NCBI GenBank assembly: GCA_047967505.1
Contig: CM106538.1
Strand: one strand, 5' to 3'
From: Dipteris shenzhenensis
Lineage: Eukaryota
Length of the DNA stretch: 64,000 nucleotides
The position numbers were made by a program, and so were the translations under genes. Positions 1 to 12,690 of this stretch are shown here, one piece after another; position 1 is the stretch's first letter; every line of letters begins with the position of its first letter. Below the pieces are notes generated by a model. It worked only from the letters and a program-made list of their open reading frames with translations. It did not search any database and was not told the DNA's origin.

Positions 1-1000
1 TGCCTAGCTCAGTTACACTCCCTCTAATTTGGGCCTAATTATTTCTCCCTATTTTTTGCCTAATTTTTCTTAATTAATTTTAAATTTTCTCCTAAATTTT
101 TTTGCTAACATTTTTTCCCTATTTTCCTTTTTCTAATTCTCCTAATCTTCCCTAATCTTTTCCTATTTCTTAACGTTTTTTCCTTAATTTGTTCTTATAT
201 TTTTTACATTTTCAATTGTTTATTTTCCTTATTTTTCTCCTATCTAGTTTTTTCCTTAAACTACCTCTCCCATCTCCCTCTCTCAAAATTTCCTTCTTTT
301 TTCCTTCTTTCCTTTACTTTTATTCCAATTTTCCTTCTCATTCCCATAAGTTATCATATTTTACCCCCTTCCCCCCTCTTTTTCAAAATTTTCATATTTT
401 AGCCTTCTCTTTTTTTTTTCCTTTATTAAAATTTTTTCCTTGTTTATTTTTTCATTTCTCCTTATTTTTCCATGAATTTTTTGCTCTCTTTTTGCTTATT
501 TATTACCTTCTAATGTCTTATTTTCCTTATTTTTATTGGCTCTACTTAATTAAGTCTTTTCATGTTATTTTCCTTTTAATTTCTTACCCCTTGCTTATAA
601 TTTTTCTTAATAAACCGCTTTTTTTTAATTACCACTTCTATCTCTATTGTTTACTAAACCTTTATTAATCTATTTACCCCCTTATTTTCTAAATTAACTT
701 TACCCCACTTAATGTCAACCGTTCCCTAACCCAACCCAAACTAACCCCCTGACTAATCTCTTCCCCTCCCTAACTCTAACGACTCGATTACTCCTCCCTC
801 GTCTTGTACACACCCCACACACGGCCCCAACATCTAACCTCCCTAGCTATCGTTGGCCCGACCCCCCAAACTGACCACACTCCTTAGCTATCTATTGGCC
901 CTACCCCTCGACTGACCACACTCCCTTCTATTTAAATGGCCCTGCTTCCCACCTCTTTACCATCGTCTCATTGTTAATGCCTTAGTCTACCTGTCAGTTT
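1..1000. repeat. Pyrimidine-rich low-complexity tract grading into CCCTAAC-like repeats
   Basis: Almost entirely T/C with TAA motifs; complementary in character to the purine-rich tract at 28100-29160. The ORF at 189-668 is a compositional artefact. Confidence 0.6.
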
Positions 1001-2499
1001 TCCCTCCCGCCCATGTGAACTAACTTCTATCTCCCTACCTAGTACCTACCTCTACTCTAAAGCCCATGCTGTGCTCATAGCAGCTCCTCACTGCGATGTT
1101 GTGAAGTTGTTCTCAAGCCATCCCACTACTCGCATACCTCTTATGGCTAATTCTGATGAAGCCGCCACAAGCTTTCGTGGGCAAGGGTTGCACCTATTAC
1201 CCTATGAGCCTATTATCTAGTACTCTGGTGCTTCTACAAGGCTGACTGCAAGTCTATACCACAATATGACTGCGTATGTGCACCAAACCTACGGTTACGC
1301 ACGATCCATACTTCTATATCGAGTTGTTTAAGTTTGTGGTTAAACTTCTAGTTTATTGTGACCCCGATAACAAGGGAGGGGAATTTATGACACCTATCTT
1401 CCCAACCAAAGTTAAGCTAGATCTTACCATGTTTTCTATGCAGATTCTCCTCTTTCGTAAATTAGATGCTTGTCAAGACTTCACCGGCTCTTACTTTCTT
1501 TTGCAAATATTTTTTTGCTTAAACATTATTAGCATTCCTTGCCAAATAAACTCTTACATACTTTTTACACATGCTCGTAATTGGACCCTGACCTCGGAGC
1601 TTGGACTACCTAACGGATTCAACACTTTTGAACCAACTTTTGCTTTATGGACACCCATATAATAAATAATTTTTATCCACCCTTATTTGAGCTTCGTGTG
1701 CCATGTTGTTAAAAGGTTTTATATTTAAAACACACACACACACACACACATTGAATACACTAAGGATATGAGGTCATAATAACATTGGGACCAAAGATTG
1801 CAAAATTGTGACCATGCAAACCGATCCACATTGAATACTGAGAATATGAGGTCATGACAACAATGGGACCAAATATTGCAAAACTTTGACCATACAAATC
1901 GACCCAAGGTCCATTTGAAAACTTGAAAAATCAGAGAAGAGTAAAATATGTAAGTGCTAAACTTTATTATCATCACCATGGAGATTCATTTCTTGCAGCC
2001 ATTGGCCAAAATTATGGGAGATTTCTGAAGAGCGTCATCGTCCATCAATTCGATCTCACTAGTATCTATAATGGTGGGATGTTATGTGCATTGCAAAGTG
2101 AGGAGAAGCATGCTAGTGACAAGAAGGGTGCTTAACAAGGGCAAGGTAGGAGTAGAATAGGTCCCCACGATGCTGGAAAAAAAGAATCAATATTAGTCGT
2201 CTCGCGAATAGAAAAAATTAACCCATTCATAAGTTGATTAATGGGGGCATAAGAGGTGATTAAGAAAATTAGTCGGTGCATTCGAGTTGATTTTGTCAAG
2301 AACATTCCTCGCATGGTTTAGTGGAGGGAGGTAGGGGATGTGTTTGATTTGTGGTGAGCAGGGAGAGAGAGACATAGAGGGAGAGGTGAAGGGAGGGAGA
2401 GGGGTGCGAAGGAGGGAGAGGCTAGAGAGAAAGCAAGAGGGGGAGACACATGCACTTGCACACACACATGCACACACACACACACACACATTTTTGTGT

Positions 2500-3170
2500 A
2501 AAAGAACCTTTCATTAAGAAGGATGTATATTCATAGCTATCCAAAAGTGGAACAAGTACTACTCATAAACTAGAAGAAGGTGGAAAAAAGCTTCTCCATT
2601 GAAGAGCAGCTTGTACTCCAAAACTACAAACAGTGGAACAATACTTCTAGCTAGGCCGGAGGAAAATCTCCCATGAAATGTGCATCATGGAGGGAGCGAT
2701 GCAAGGAGGGATGGAAGAAACGATAAATATCCATAGAGGAGTGTCCATACAACTGAGTGTTATAAACATGATATAAAGACCGTAGTGCCCAATAACAACA
2801 CCAACTAAAGAACTGAACATAGTTTGATGTAGAGGCATATCTCCCAAATAACTTGAACTACCACTAAAAGAGATACTAGGAAATCGATCATAAAGATAAG
2901 TTCCCAATTTGGGAAGAAAATCATGGGTGAATGAGCAAGTCCAAAGAAGATGTCGTATTGTCTCCCTAGGATGTAAAGAAGATGGGCAAGCTGAGGAAGC
3001 TATATGCCTAGAAGCTAAGAAAGAACCCACTAGTAGTATGCCCACTAAACAATGCTATAAGAAAAGCCTATGTCTGAGAGGGAGCTTATTGTTCCAAATA
3101 TAGCTAAGACAATCCTTCCACAAAGCAAGAGGTTTGTCAAGATGTTAAATAAAAGCCCACACTCATGAAT
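2500..3170 (-). mobile_element. Degenerate LINE (L1-like) ORF2 C-terminal fragment
   Basis: Minus-strand peptide ...ETIRHLLWTCSF... resembles the ExxxHLxxxC zinc motif downstream of plant LINE RT; flanked by CA microsatellites. Confidence 0.45.
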
Positions 3171-5553
3171 CCATGGCTAGGCGAGTAGAAGATGATAAGT
3201 TTTCTTGGCAGTATGCACACATGCGCGCACACACATGCACACACACACACATGTATGTGTATATGTATGTAGCATGCATCCACATGACACACTCATGCAT
3301 GCATGTGCACATGCACACACATAGACGCACATACATACAAAGTACGTTTGGTGTAAATTACGCATTTGTACAAAAGATAAGATGAGAGAGAGAGAGAGAG
3401 GCGGGTGCGAGGGGGGGGGTGCATAAGTATGACATGTCTTGTTTGTTATGCCTCCATTGGTTATCTTATGCTATTAAAGTAGATTGTTAAGTAATAAGGA
3501 ATGACAATTGCCAAGCCTTTTAAAAAGTGCAAATGGTACTACACTTTAAAGTCCCAAATTCCAAGATTACATGTCAATTAACACATCTGTGTTTAGATTT
3601 TGCATACATATGGGGTACCCACACTTAATCTCAAAGTAGACTCAGTTGAGATTTGTACATCAGTATGATTGGAGGATGTGGATCTTGGATAGGATTTGAA
3701 TGGGTAATGGAGACTTGGTAGCCTTAAAAAATGAATCGATTAGAGGCAAACTACAAGGCTTGAAAATCATGGACAAAGTATTATTGGTCTAATCTTTGAG
3801 CGTTTGTATAAAATATGATCATATCTTTTACTTGTGACAGTCACTATTCATAGTAAAAGTTCCCTCCACAAAGTATAAGTAAATTAGTGCATCACTTTGA
3901 ACAAAAAATGCTTAAACACTTGTTAATACATCTAATGAATGGCATAAAAAGTCAATTTAAAGTTGTTAAATACATAAAGCATGAAATAATCACTACAACA
4001 TATTCCCCTAATCACTTGAAAGGCTTTTCTATGATAAACCAATTTGAATGCAATTTTTCATATTCATAATTTCATATATAAATAACTGACAATGCAAGTA
4101 GTCAAGGATTTGGTACTAAGGTACTCTTGCTTTAGAATTGGTTGATTATTACACTCACATTTTCTTACCAATAGGTTAACTTGTCAAGCTCATCGATGGA
4201 ATGAGTGATGTGAGTTTTTACCAACAATGGCAACAAAAGGGCTTACTTGGTGGCAATGCAATGTCATGAGAAAGAGTTTGTATCAAAAAGCACGAGGCAA
4301 TGTGCTAAATATTGTGGTGTGCTCTCTATGTGGTGAACTTTCCTTTTCTTTTTTTTTAAATATAGAGAAGATAGACAACAAGTGCTCTCTCAAGGCGAAT
4401 TTGACATAAAGCATGACTGTGGTTACTAGGTAGGGAGGATGGCCATTGTCAATTGTCGGTGCGAGCGACCTTGGAACTTTACTTTCCAGGCTGAATTATA
4501 AGAGAGGTGACCCATTTTGAGACTATCGAGGGGCACCCTGCCCTGGCTCTAGTCTGGAAGCAGGAATCGAAGCAAGGTCGGTGGCCAAGTAGGCAGGAAG
4601 CCCTACCACTCGCGGCTTCCGGAGCTAAAACCTACAATTGATCTACTGTGCCCAAAGATAATGCTATTCCGTATTCTGACTGAAGTCTGTGTATTAACTA
4701 CAGATTCTGAACATACATCGTATACCGTATACGGTATTAATTATTGAGTTGGTGTTGGTGAAGAGAACCGGCTCCACACAGGGTGGAGCTTCCAAAGCTG
4801 GGCTATGGCTTCCATGGGCACCTTCTTCGTCTCTGGCAATAGCACATACACGAACAGGGCCGCCATCACTTGCCACGCTGCGAAGAAGACGAACAGTTCC
4901 GCCTTCATCTTGCATAGCATCGCCAAAAACAACTGCGCCCCCGCAAATATGAAGAAGAATATCACACAGACGTTGATGCTCTGCCCCGCAGATCTTATCT
5001 CTAGTGGGAAGATCTCGCTTGGCACCAGCACTCCCACCGGCCCCCACGACCACCCGAACGCTGCTACGTATATGGACACCGTTATCACCACCACGATCGC
5101 GTCCTGTTTCGGCAGTTCGTTGTGCGCTCCCAGCTTCAGGTGCAGTATCGCTGCGGTTATTATCTGAAAGCAAGCAGTCATGCTTATGTAAGCGTACGAT
5201 GGCTATGGCTGCAATGCATGCACGCTGAATTTTGTAGGCTAGTCTGATCAGATAGTGGGAGCCAATCTAATATCGGACAGCACTGATTTACCAGAGTTAT
5301 CACCATCACAAGACTTCCGTTGAACAAGAGCGCCCTGCGCCCCAACCTGTCCACCACCAAAGAGGCAGCCGTAGCAGCCCCTAGCGCAGCTCCCCCCAGG
5401 ATCACTGCAGAATACAGAGATGTACTTGCACCTAGCCCGAGTGTCTGGAAGAGCACAGGAGCATAGAACGTGATAATATTGATTCCTGTGAACTCTTGAA
5501 AGAAGGGGATGGCAAACGCCATGACCAGCTCGGGACGGTATCTGCGCTCGAAT

Positions 5554-5585
5554 CATTAGGAAAAAAGGGAGCTCATTTTGGGGCC
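5554..5585 (+). repeat. Left terminal inverted repeat CATTAGGAAAAAAGGGAGCTCATTTTGGGGCC
   Basis: Matches the reverse complement of 17759-17790 at 30 of 32 positions. Confidence 0.93.
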
Positions 5586-6044
5586 TTTTATGGTTTGGAA
5601 AAATAAGCTCTCAACCAATCAATAGAAGGCCAACGTAACGTTGAAAATTCACGAAAATAAGAGAAAATAGAAAAAAGAAACAATACTTTATGTAAGTACA
5701 AGCGTGCTACATTAATGAGGAGATTGGTTTTTTATTCGTAGAAGATCTTTGGACAAGAAGATAGAATCTAAACTGACATTTTATCTGACAAGATCCTTCC
5801 CGCTTCCACCTTCCTTTGAATTTTCAAATGTTGTGCCGCCTTTCGTGCGAAAGGTCTACCATTCTACACCATTGCCTCATTGTGCAACAGCCTTCCTTTT
5901 CCAAAACTGCTCCCTTGATCCTGTTTGGCGTAGAGTAAGATGTTTCTCGTCAACTGTCTGTTTGCCCACTTTCTCTTTCTTGAAACTTCAAATTGTTATC
6001 TTAGTTACATTACTTTGCTATTGTTACAGATTCAGAAAATCTCC

Positions 6045-7622
6045 ATGGTGAACCAAAACCACGGCCGTTCTTGTGCAAGACGCTCTGTGGATGATAATGT
6101 TATGAAGGCAGAATTATACCAAACATCCTTACCCCGTCGACCTGCTTCTTCTATTTCGTCGGTAGAGAATTCAAGTACAGTCAAAACAGAAGGAACTTGG
6201 GAAAGGTTTAGTGTTTCGAAAGGAGCATGGGTGCTCATGCAACCTAGCAAAAGAAAAAGACCCCAGACAAAAAACATTTTCTTGGCATCGTGGAAGGGAA
6301 GAGTACGAGATTTTAAAATCATCAAAGGGAAGATATCCGTGAAAGAAGTTTTGATTCAGCACGTGTACATGCATAAAGAACTTGTCTTGCGAGACTATCC
6401 AAAAAATCTTCCGCAACACAGGCCTAATTGTATATTTTTCTATTGTGGTTTTTTCCTTCATGAGGTGTATGGATTTTTAAGATGAAGCTTTCTCTCTTAA
6501 CTTATTGACATTCTTGTGTTGTTTTATTTCAGATTTATATCCTTCATCGTATGAGACATGGCAAAACATCGATTGTATTCTGGGATTTATAGATGTTCTG
6601 CATGGATCGATAGGAGAACAACAATACCAAGGTCGATGTGCAACAGAGCTAGCTCAATCGGGTATATTTTTTACTGATCATTTTTATCAGTTGCTAGACA
6701 AAGCTAACACACATGGTGTATTAATAAAACAAGACCTTCCGGCGTGGAATTCGGTGGATTGGCCTCACCCACATTCTAGTGTTACAGAGGCATATAGGGC
6801 GAAGCTTTTTACAGAAGTACAGAAAGCTCTGAGGCCCAATATTGCCACTAGGATAGTAAAAATTTCTTTGTGCATGCCTCTCACAGTTTTTGTAGACTTG
6901 TTTAATACCTTTCCAGTAAAGGTTTCAAAAACAATGTTCACAGTTAAAGCAATAAATTCGGCATGCATGCCACAATTTTTGGATAAAGGTTGGGATAAGA
7001 AGACATGTAGTTCAGTGTTTTGTGAGGTGGTCCAACCTTCTATGCAACTGAAGTACATGGTTGCATCACAAAATTTTATTTTCTCTTTTTATTACAAGCG
7101 CAGTCGAATGCTAGGCTCAAAGCTTGTCCCAATGGACCAAGATGAAGAGTCGTTTGGTGCACAAAATAAACTTATTGATATTGATGTTCTTGAGAATGGT
7201 GATGTGGTAGCCAATATCTCGTTAAGAGAATGTTGCTCCCTAGCTCAATTACGCAGTGACATTCTGTTTGAGACTGAAGGTTCTATCTCAAACGACTTTT
7301 TATTTATCTACAAGAACAGAAAGGTACACCATCTGATTTATCCTAGTCTCTATAAGCATTGCTATTAGTTTAATTTACCAGCTCAATTACGCAGTGACAT
7401 TCTGTTTGAGACTGAAGGTTCTATCTCAAACGACTTTTTATTTATCTACAAGAACAGAAAGGTACACCATCTGATTTATCCTAGTCTCTATAAGCATTGC
7501 TATTAGTTTAATTTACCACTCTAATTCATATTGCTTTTTTGCAGTTACTCAGAAGAAGAGAGAGCTCAGTTAAATGCAAAGACATAGAAAATTTTAAAAT
7601 TGAGATCACACATACTCCATAA
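6045..7622 (+). CDS. Transposon cargo gene A: putative BAH-like domain plus C-terminal ubiquitin-like-fold protein, about 417 aa (exons 6045-6429, 6533-7323, 7545-7622)
   Basis: Open spliced frame with GT-AG introns. The pattern WKGRVRDF..VLIQHVYMHKEL..YLYPSSYETWQNIDCILGFIDV resembles BAH, and SLAQLRSDI..FLFIYKNRK resembles a Ubl fold. A diverged homolog at 56.7-57.8 kb supports it being coding. Confidence 0.7.
7243..7518 (+). repeat. Exact 138-bp tandem duplication spanning the exon 2/intron 2 junction of gene A
   Basis: GCTCAATTACGCAG...ATTTACCA occurs at 7243-7380 and 7381-7518. Confidence 0.9.
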
Positions 7623-7706
7623 AGAAAGGTTTTGTATTCAATCAAGTAAGATTTTGTACAGAATTGTTTAGCTGAATCTGTAGAACATATTTCTAACATC
7701 CATTTT

Positions 7707-9807
7707 CTATTTATGTACAGTTTCATCCAGAGGCTGCTCTACATTTTCTGGAGGATCTTCTCTCTGCTGCTCCATCCTGTCCGTGCTCCATCCTGTCTCC
7801 TCCACTGCCCCAGAAGCCTCTCTTTGCTGCTTCTCCACCTTCTCCTCAACATCAGCAGCAGGTCTTTGCTCCTGTGTCTGCTCCTCCTCAGCACTCTGTG
7901 ATTGCTCCTGTGGCTTCTGGTCCTCAACATTAGGTGCTTCATATGTGGGATCAAGGTGTATGACACCTTCTTGTACTTTAGAGCTTTCACCCAGCTCCAC
8001 AGTAGCTGCTACAATAGGTTTGGGGGAGGCATAGCTCAAAAACCTCCAAATTGTATGAGCTCTAAAATTATGTACATAGTTGGGGCTGAAGCTATCCTCT
8101 TTCATCTGCAATGGCAGAGGATAATTTAGAACACTTTGTATCATTATGAATTATCTTCAAGCTAAATGAAAAGTATTTTTCCTTACCAGATCTGGCTGTT
8201 CCTTTTCAAAGTAGCTTGAAAGTATATATTTTGCATTGATCAGCACCCTCCATCCACAACTACTTGAATCATTTTGTTGTGGTGTCTGTACAGTTAGAAA
8301 AAAATGTTAGAAACTGTGAGCATCAGCACAAAACAAAATTATTCAATAAGTTCAAAGACATAGCATTTAATAGACTTTTTACCTCTAGACTTAATGGCTC
8401 TATTGAATCCAACAGAGAGACATTTGGAGGACAATGATCCAATGCATCTAATAGCCTTCTAATACAACTACAATATGTATAATTTAGTTAGTATGGTATC
8501 AAACTAATGAAGTTTTGAGTTCAAAAAGCACACACAGTACTTACAATTTCAGCTCTCTGTGTGTGTTTTTTAGAGAGTTGAATAGAAAGCATTGCTTCTG
8601 CTGGATGTCAATAGACACAAAACTCCAGTGGTCACTGCATAAGGAAAAAAATATAAGAAAATGAAAGGCTACAAGAGCTCCCAATATTAAAGAAGAATCT
8701 TAAAAGAAGTAGTCACCCACATACCTGCTATGATATGGAAGTAGCAAAATGTCAATTACTTCAAAATTGCAGTGTTTGAACCAGCTAGAAATACTCATGG
8801 GAGTCTCCTTTGCATCTCTTAATCTAGAAGAAATGGCTGGATCAACAATATGGACTGTATGTTGTACAGAGGGATGAAGCCAGCTTCTCATCATGCTGCA
8901 TAGGATCAGAACATAATTAGGGTAGGTTATAAAAGAGTTACAAGGAGGATTGATTTGCAAAAAATGTAAAATTTAAAGACACTTACTAGAGCATTGCAAG
9001 AATGATAGTATCTGAGCAATACTCATTCTTGTTAGCCAATGCTGCTAAGCATTGTTTTATCAAATCAAAATCATTGACTGAAACTTCATTTTCAATATGT
9101 ACAACTACATCAGGGCCCAGCTCCTTCAACCTTCTATGTATGTGTAGCTCCTTCTTTCCAGTCTCCACATCTATAACAGATTTTGTTTCTTTTATTTGCT
9201 GCTTCAGTGAGTCCTCATAAGCAGCCTTCCCTCTGGTGTTCTTTGAGTGTGTTACCTCAACAACCTTTACCTCATCAACCTTGACCTTCCTTGTAGGTGG
9301 AATTAGCAATATATCTCTCATTTTGATGTCCTGCCATTCCACAGGATGAACCAGCTTGTCATATCTCCATCTCACTCTGGACAAAGTGTTGAAATCTTTG
9401 GCCATCAAAGTCACCCTGTGAGCATGGGCTGCTACAAGCATTGCATCCTCAAAATATTTCTCCAGGTAATCCTCTACCATTTCCTGCAAGGAAAGAATGG
9501 CAGTTCTATTCCACCTGAACCCAAGGTTCCAACTGTCACAAATTTCTCTCACCAGTCTTTGAAAGGGTGCTTTGGGTATTGCAAAACCTATGGCTTTCTG
9601 TTGCCTCCTTATTTCCCTAAGCACACCTGCACCCTTATTCAATCTTTTGGCCTTTTGCTTGAGCAAGCTCATTGGCTTACCCTTCCTGCCATGTGAAGCT
9701 CTTCCCTTTGGAGGCACATTAAACTTCTTGGAACCTGTCCCAGCTGCTATTGCTGCAAGACTTGGTCCTTTGCCAACTTGCCTTGCAGTTGATTTGGTTC
9801 TTGCCAT
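7707..9807 (-). CDS. Transposon cargo gene B: histone H3-like fold fused to an Ulp1/SENP-type (C48) cysteine protease, 554 aa (exons 9807-8987, 8895-8725, 8634-8545, 8467-8383, 8285-8187, 8105-7707)
   Basis: MARTKSTARQ tail and histone fold LREIRRQQK..IPKAPFQRLVREI..LQEMVEDYL..FED..HAHRVTLMAKD. Then SDTIIL, LLPYHSSDHWSFVSID, FNSL and PQQNDSSSCG (His/Asn/Gln/Cys catalytic pattern). Five GT-AG introns with matching phases and no internal stops (1665 nt). Confidence 0.88.
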
Positions 9808-9859
9808 CACTCTGAAAAACTGCATACAAAGGATTGGAAAGAGATCACAGACATGAAGA

Positions 9860-11150
9860 ACATGTTCTAACAAAGAAAAGGCAATCACAGGGGTGGAAGA
9901 AGCCAAATAGAGAAATTTGCAATAAAATGCGATATGAGCAGTTTGGAATTTCAAACAGGTCCACATCGCATTTTGCTGCAAATTTTTTAAATGAAATGCT
10001 GGTGCACTCCTACAGTGATTTCTATGTTTCTCCAACCAAATACAGTATGAATGGAGGTCATGCAAGAAGATCACATGCAAATATCACACTTGAAGATCTG
10101 CATTCCTTCAGTGATTTCTCTGTCTTGGTTTGAGCCTATGCATTTCCATACAGGATGTAATTTTTCTATTTTAGGCAAGAAGATTGCAGAGACTAAGGGG
10201 AGTCACAAAACCAGACATGTTCTCACAAAGAAGGCAATCACAGAGGTGGAAGAAGCCAAATAGAGAAATTTGCAATAAAATGCGATATGAGCAGTTTGGA
10301 ATTTCAAACAGGTCAACATCGCATTTTGCTGCAAATTTTTTAAATGAAATGCTGTTGCACTCCTACAGTGATTTCTATGTTTCTCCAACCAAATACAGTA
10401 TGAATGGAGGTCATGCAAGAAGATCACATGCAAATATCACACTTGAAGATCTGCATTCCTTCAGTGATTTCTCTGTCTTGGTTTGAGCCTATGCATTTCC
10501 ATACAGGATGTAATTTTTCTATTTTAGGCAAGAAGATGGCAGAGACTAAGGGGAGTCACAAAACCAGACATGTTCTCACAAAGAAAAGGTAATCACAGAG
10601 GTGGAAGAAGCCAAATAGAGAAATTTGCAATAAAATGCGATATGAGCAGTTTGGAATTTCAAACAGGTCCACATCGCATTTTGCTGCAAATTTCTGAAAT
10701 GACATGCTGGTGAACTTCTACAGTGATTTCTTTGTCTCTCTAGCCAAATACAGTATGAATGGAGTTTATGCAAGAAGATTACAGCTATGGAAGTCAAAAA
10801 ACCAGAACATGTTCTCACAAAGAGAAGGCAATCACAGGGGTGGAAGAAGCCAAATAGAGAAATTTGCAATAAAATGCGATATGAGCAGTTTGGAATTTCA
10901 AACAGGTCCACATCGCATTTTGCTGCAAATTTTTTAAATGGCATGCTGGTGCACTCCTACAGTGATTTCTATGTTTCTCCAACCAAATACAGTATGAATG
11001 GAGGTTATGCAAGAAGATCACATGCAAATATCACACTTGAAGATCTGCTTTCCTACAGTGATTTCTCTGTCTTGGTTTGAGTCTATGCATTTCCATACAG
11101 TATGTATTTTTTCTATTTTAGGCAAAAAGATTGCAGAGACTAAGGGGAGA
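9860..11150. repeat. Tandem array 1 (four units, spacings about 353/355/239 bp), each with a ~73-bp imperfect palindrome
   Basis: AAATTTGCAATAAAATGCGAT...ATCGCATTTTGCTGCAAATTT starts at 9913, 10266, 10621 and 10860. Confidence 0.9.
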
Positions 11151-11358
11151 ACCCATTGTTACTGACCTGGAATCTATCTGTGGATGTTCTGTGCTGCTGA
11201 GGAGTAATCTGTGCTGAGGATGATTCTGTGCTGCTGGACAAGATGCTGATGCTGTAGAGTATGGAGGTAGGGAGGCAAGAGAGCAGAGACTGGAGGGCAA
11301 GAGTTCTAAAATAGGATACCACAAAGAAGTGCAAATAGAATTAAAGAATCACTAAATC

Positions 11359-11436
11359 CCACACGTGTGGAATCTAGTCGTTTTTCACACGTGTGGATGG
11401 GACCCAGATCTCTTGGAGTTTGAAATCTGGCACGTG
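11359..11436. promoter_or_regulatory. Putative bidirectional promoter core with three G-box (CACGTG) palindromes
   Basis: CCACACGTGTGG at 11359-11370, CACACGTGTG at 11386-11395 and CACGTG at 11431-11436, midway between divergent genes B and C. Confidence 0.45.
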
Positions 11437-11874
11437 TGAAAGTACACTTTATTCCTTGGAACTTGTGCCATTCATGATTTCATCATCAATACCACAACCA
11501 CTTTTCCCTCCCCTGGATTCCAATCTCTCATCCCTGCCACGACTCTCTCCTGATCCTTTCTCTCTAATCCTTTCCTACCCAGCACACTCCATCCAGACTG
11601 CAACCTGCCTGAAGACAGTACTGCCAGATCTCCAGGTTACCTAGAGTGCAAAGTTCAAGCTAGAGAAAGAGCAGGAGATTTACCAGTGCAACTCAATCAG
11701 CATGGAAAAGGAAAAAAAAGATCAGAGTTCTAGTTTGGTTTCAATGTTTTTCAACATTTATTTCTTCCATCCATTGGATTTTTGATGTCCCAATGTCTTC
11801 ACTCAGCTCCATCCTTCTTCCACAATGTGGTAAATCACCCAGAAATTAGATTGTAGGTTGATATGAATAGAAAC

Positions 11875-12365
11875 AAGAAATTTGCAACAAAATGCGAGGA
11901 GAGTGGTTTAGAATTCTCTAAACAGCCCATATCGCATTTTGCTGCAAATTCCTGTTGTGGACTCCTTGCTCATGAAAAGTTTCACTCATTCCATTTTTTC
12001 TCTTGCATATGAGATCATAGTGTCCAGGAATCACTGAAATGAACCAAGTGCTTGATTTGACATGCACATGAACAGAACTTGAGAATTTGCAACAAAATGC
12101 GAGGAGAGTGGTTTATAGTTCTCTAAACAGCCCATATCGCATTTTGCTGCAAATTCCTGTTGTTGACACATTCCTCATGAATAGTTTCACTCATTCCATT
12201 ATTTCTCTTGCATATGAGATCATAGTGTCCAGGAATCACTGAGATGAACCAAGTTCTTGATTTGACATGCACATGAACAGAATTTGAGAATTTGCAACAA
12301 AATGCGAGGAGAGTGGTTTACAATTCTCTAAACAGCCCATATTGCATTTTGCTGCAAATTCCTGT
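11875..12365. repeat. Tandem array 2 (about 2.4 x 205 bp) carrying a related palindrome in inverted orientation to array 1
   Basis: AATTTGCAACAAAATGCGAG...AT(C/T)GCATTTTGCTGCAAATT at about 11878, 12083 and 12288. Confidence 0.88.
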
Positions 12366-12690
12366 GTATTATTTGTTTCTCACTTCTACCTCATTAATTT
12401 GCTATCTTTAGCCCTGTGGAAATCTTCCTTGATGATGAGAAATGTTTTTGTTTTGGAACAGCTGGCTCCCAGGCCCCACCTTTCAAGAGGAAGCTGGACT
12501 TTTCTGCTGCTATAATTAGACCACAGCAATCACCAGGTGAGTGATGAGATGTCATGAAGGAATTATCTGGTGATATACAATGCATTCACTGATTGCATAT
12601 GTCAGCATATAGAATTCATAGTATATAAGTTTTTGAACAGGCAAAAAGAAGAGGCTGGAGCAGAGTGCTGATTCTTCCATCAAAAAACAA

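Noticed and set aside
189-668. 159-aa Phe/Leu-rich ORF resembling a membrane protein
   Set aside because: Product of a T/C-rich low-complexity tract.
7707-9807. Host CENH3 or canonical H3 gene
   Set aside because: It lies within a TIR element, has a protease fusion, has an intronless fold with canonical loop 1 length, and is far too divergent for canonical H3.
9808-10080. N-terminal extension of the 364-aa ORF upstream of MARTK
   Set aside because: It lies in tandem array 1 and ends at a splice-acceptor-like TTTTCAG; the histone start at 9807 is more plausible.
9860-12365. CRISPR-like repeat-spacer array
   Set aside because: Sequences between the palindromes are themselves repeated rather than unique spacers; eukaryotic context and no cas genes.
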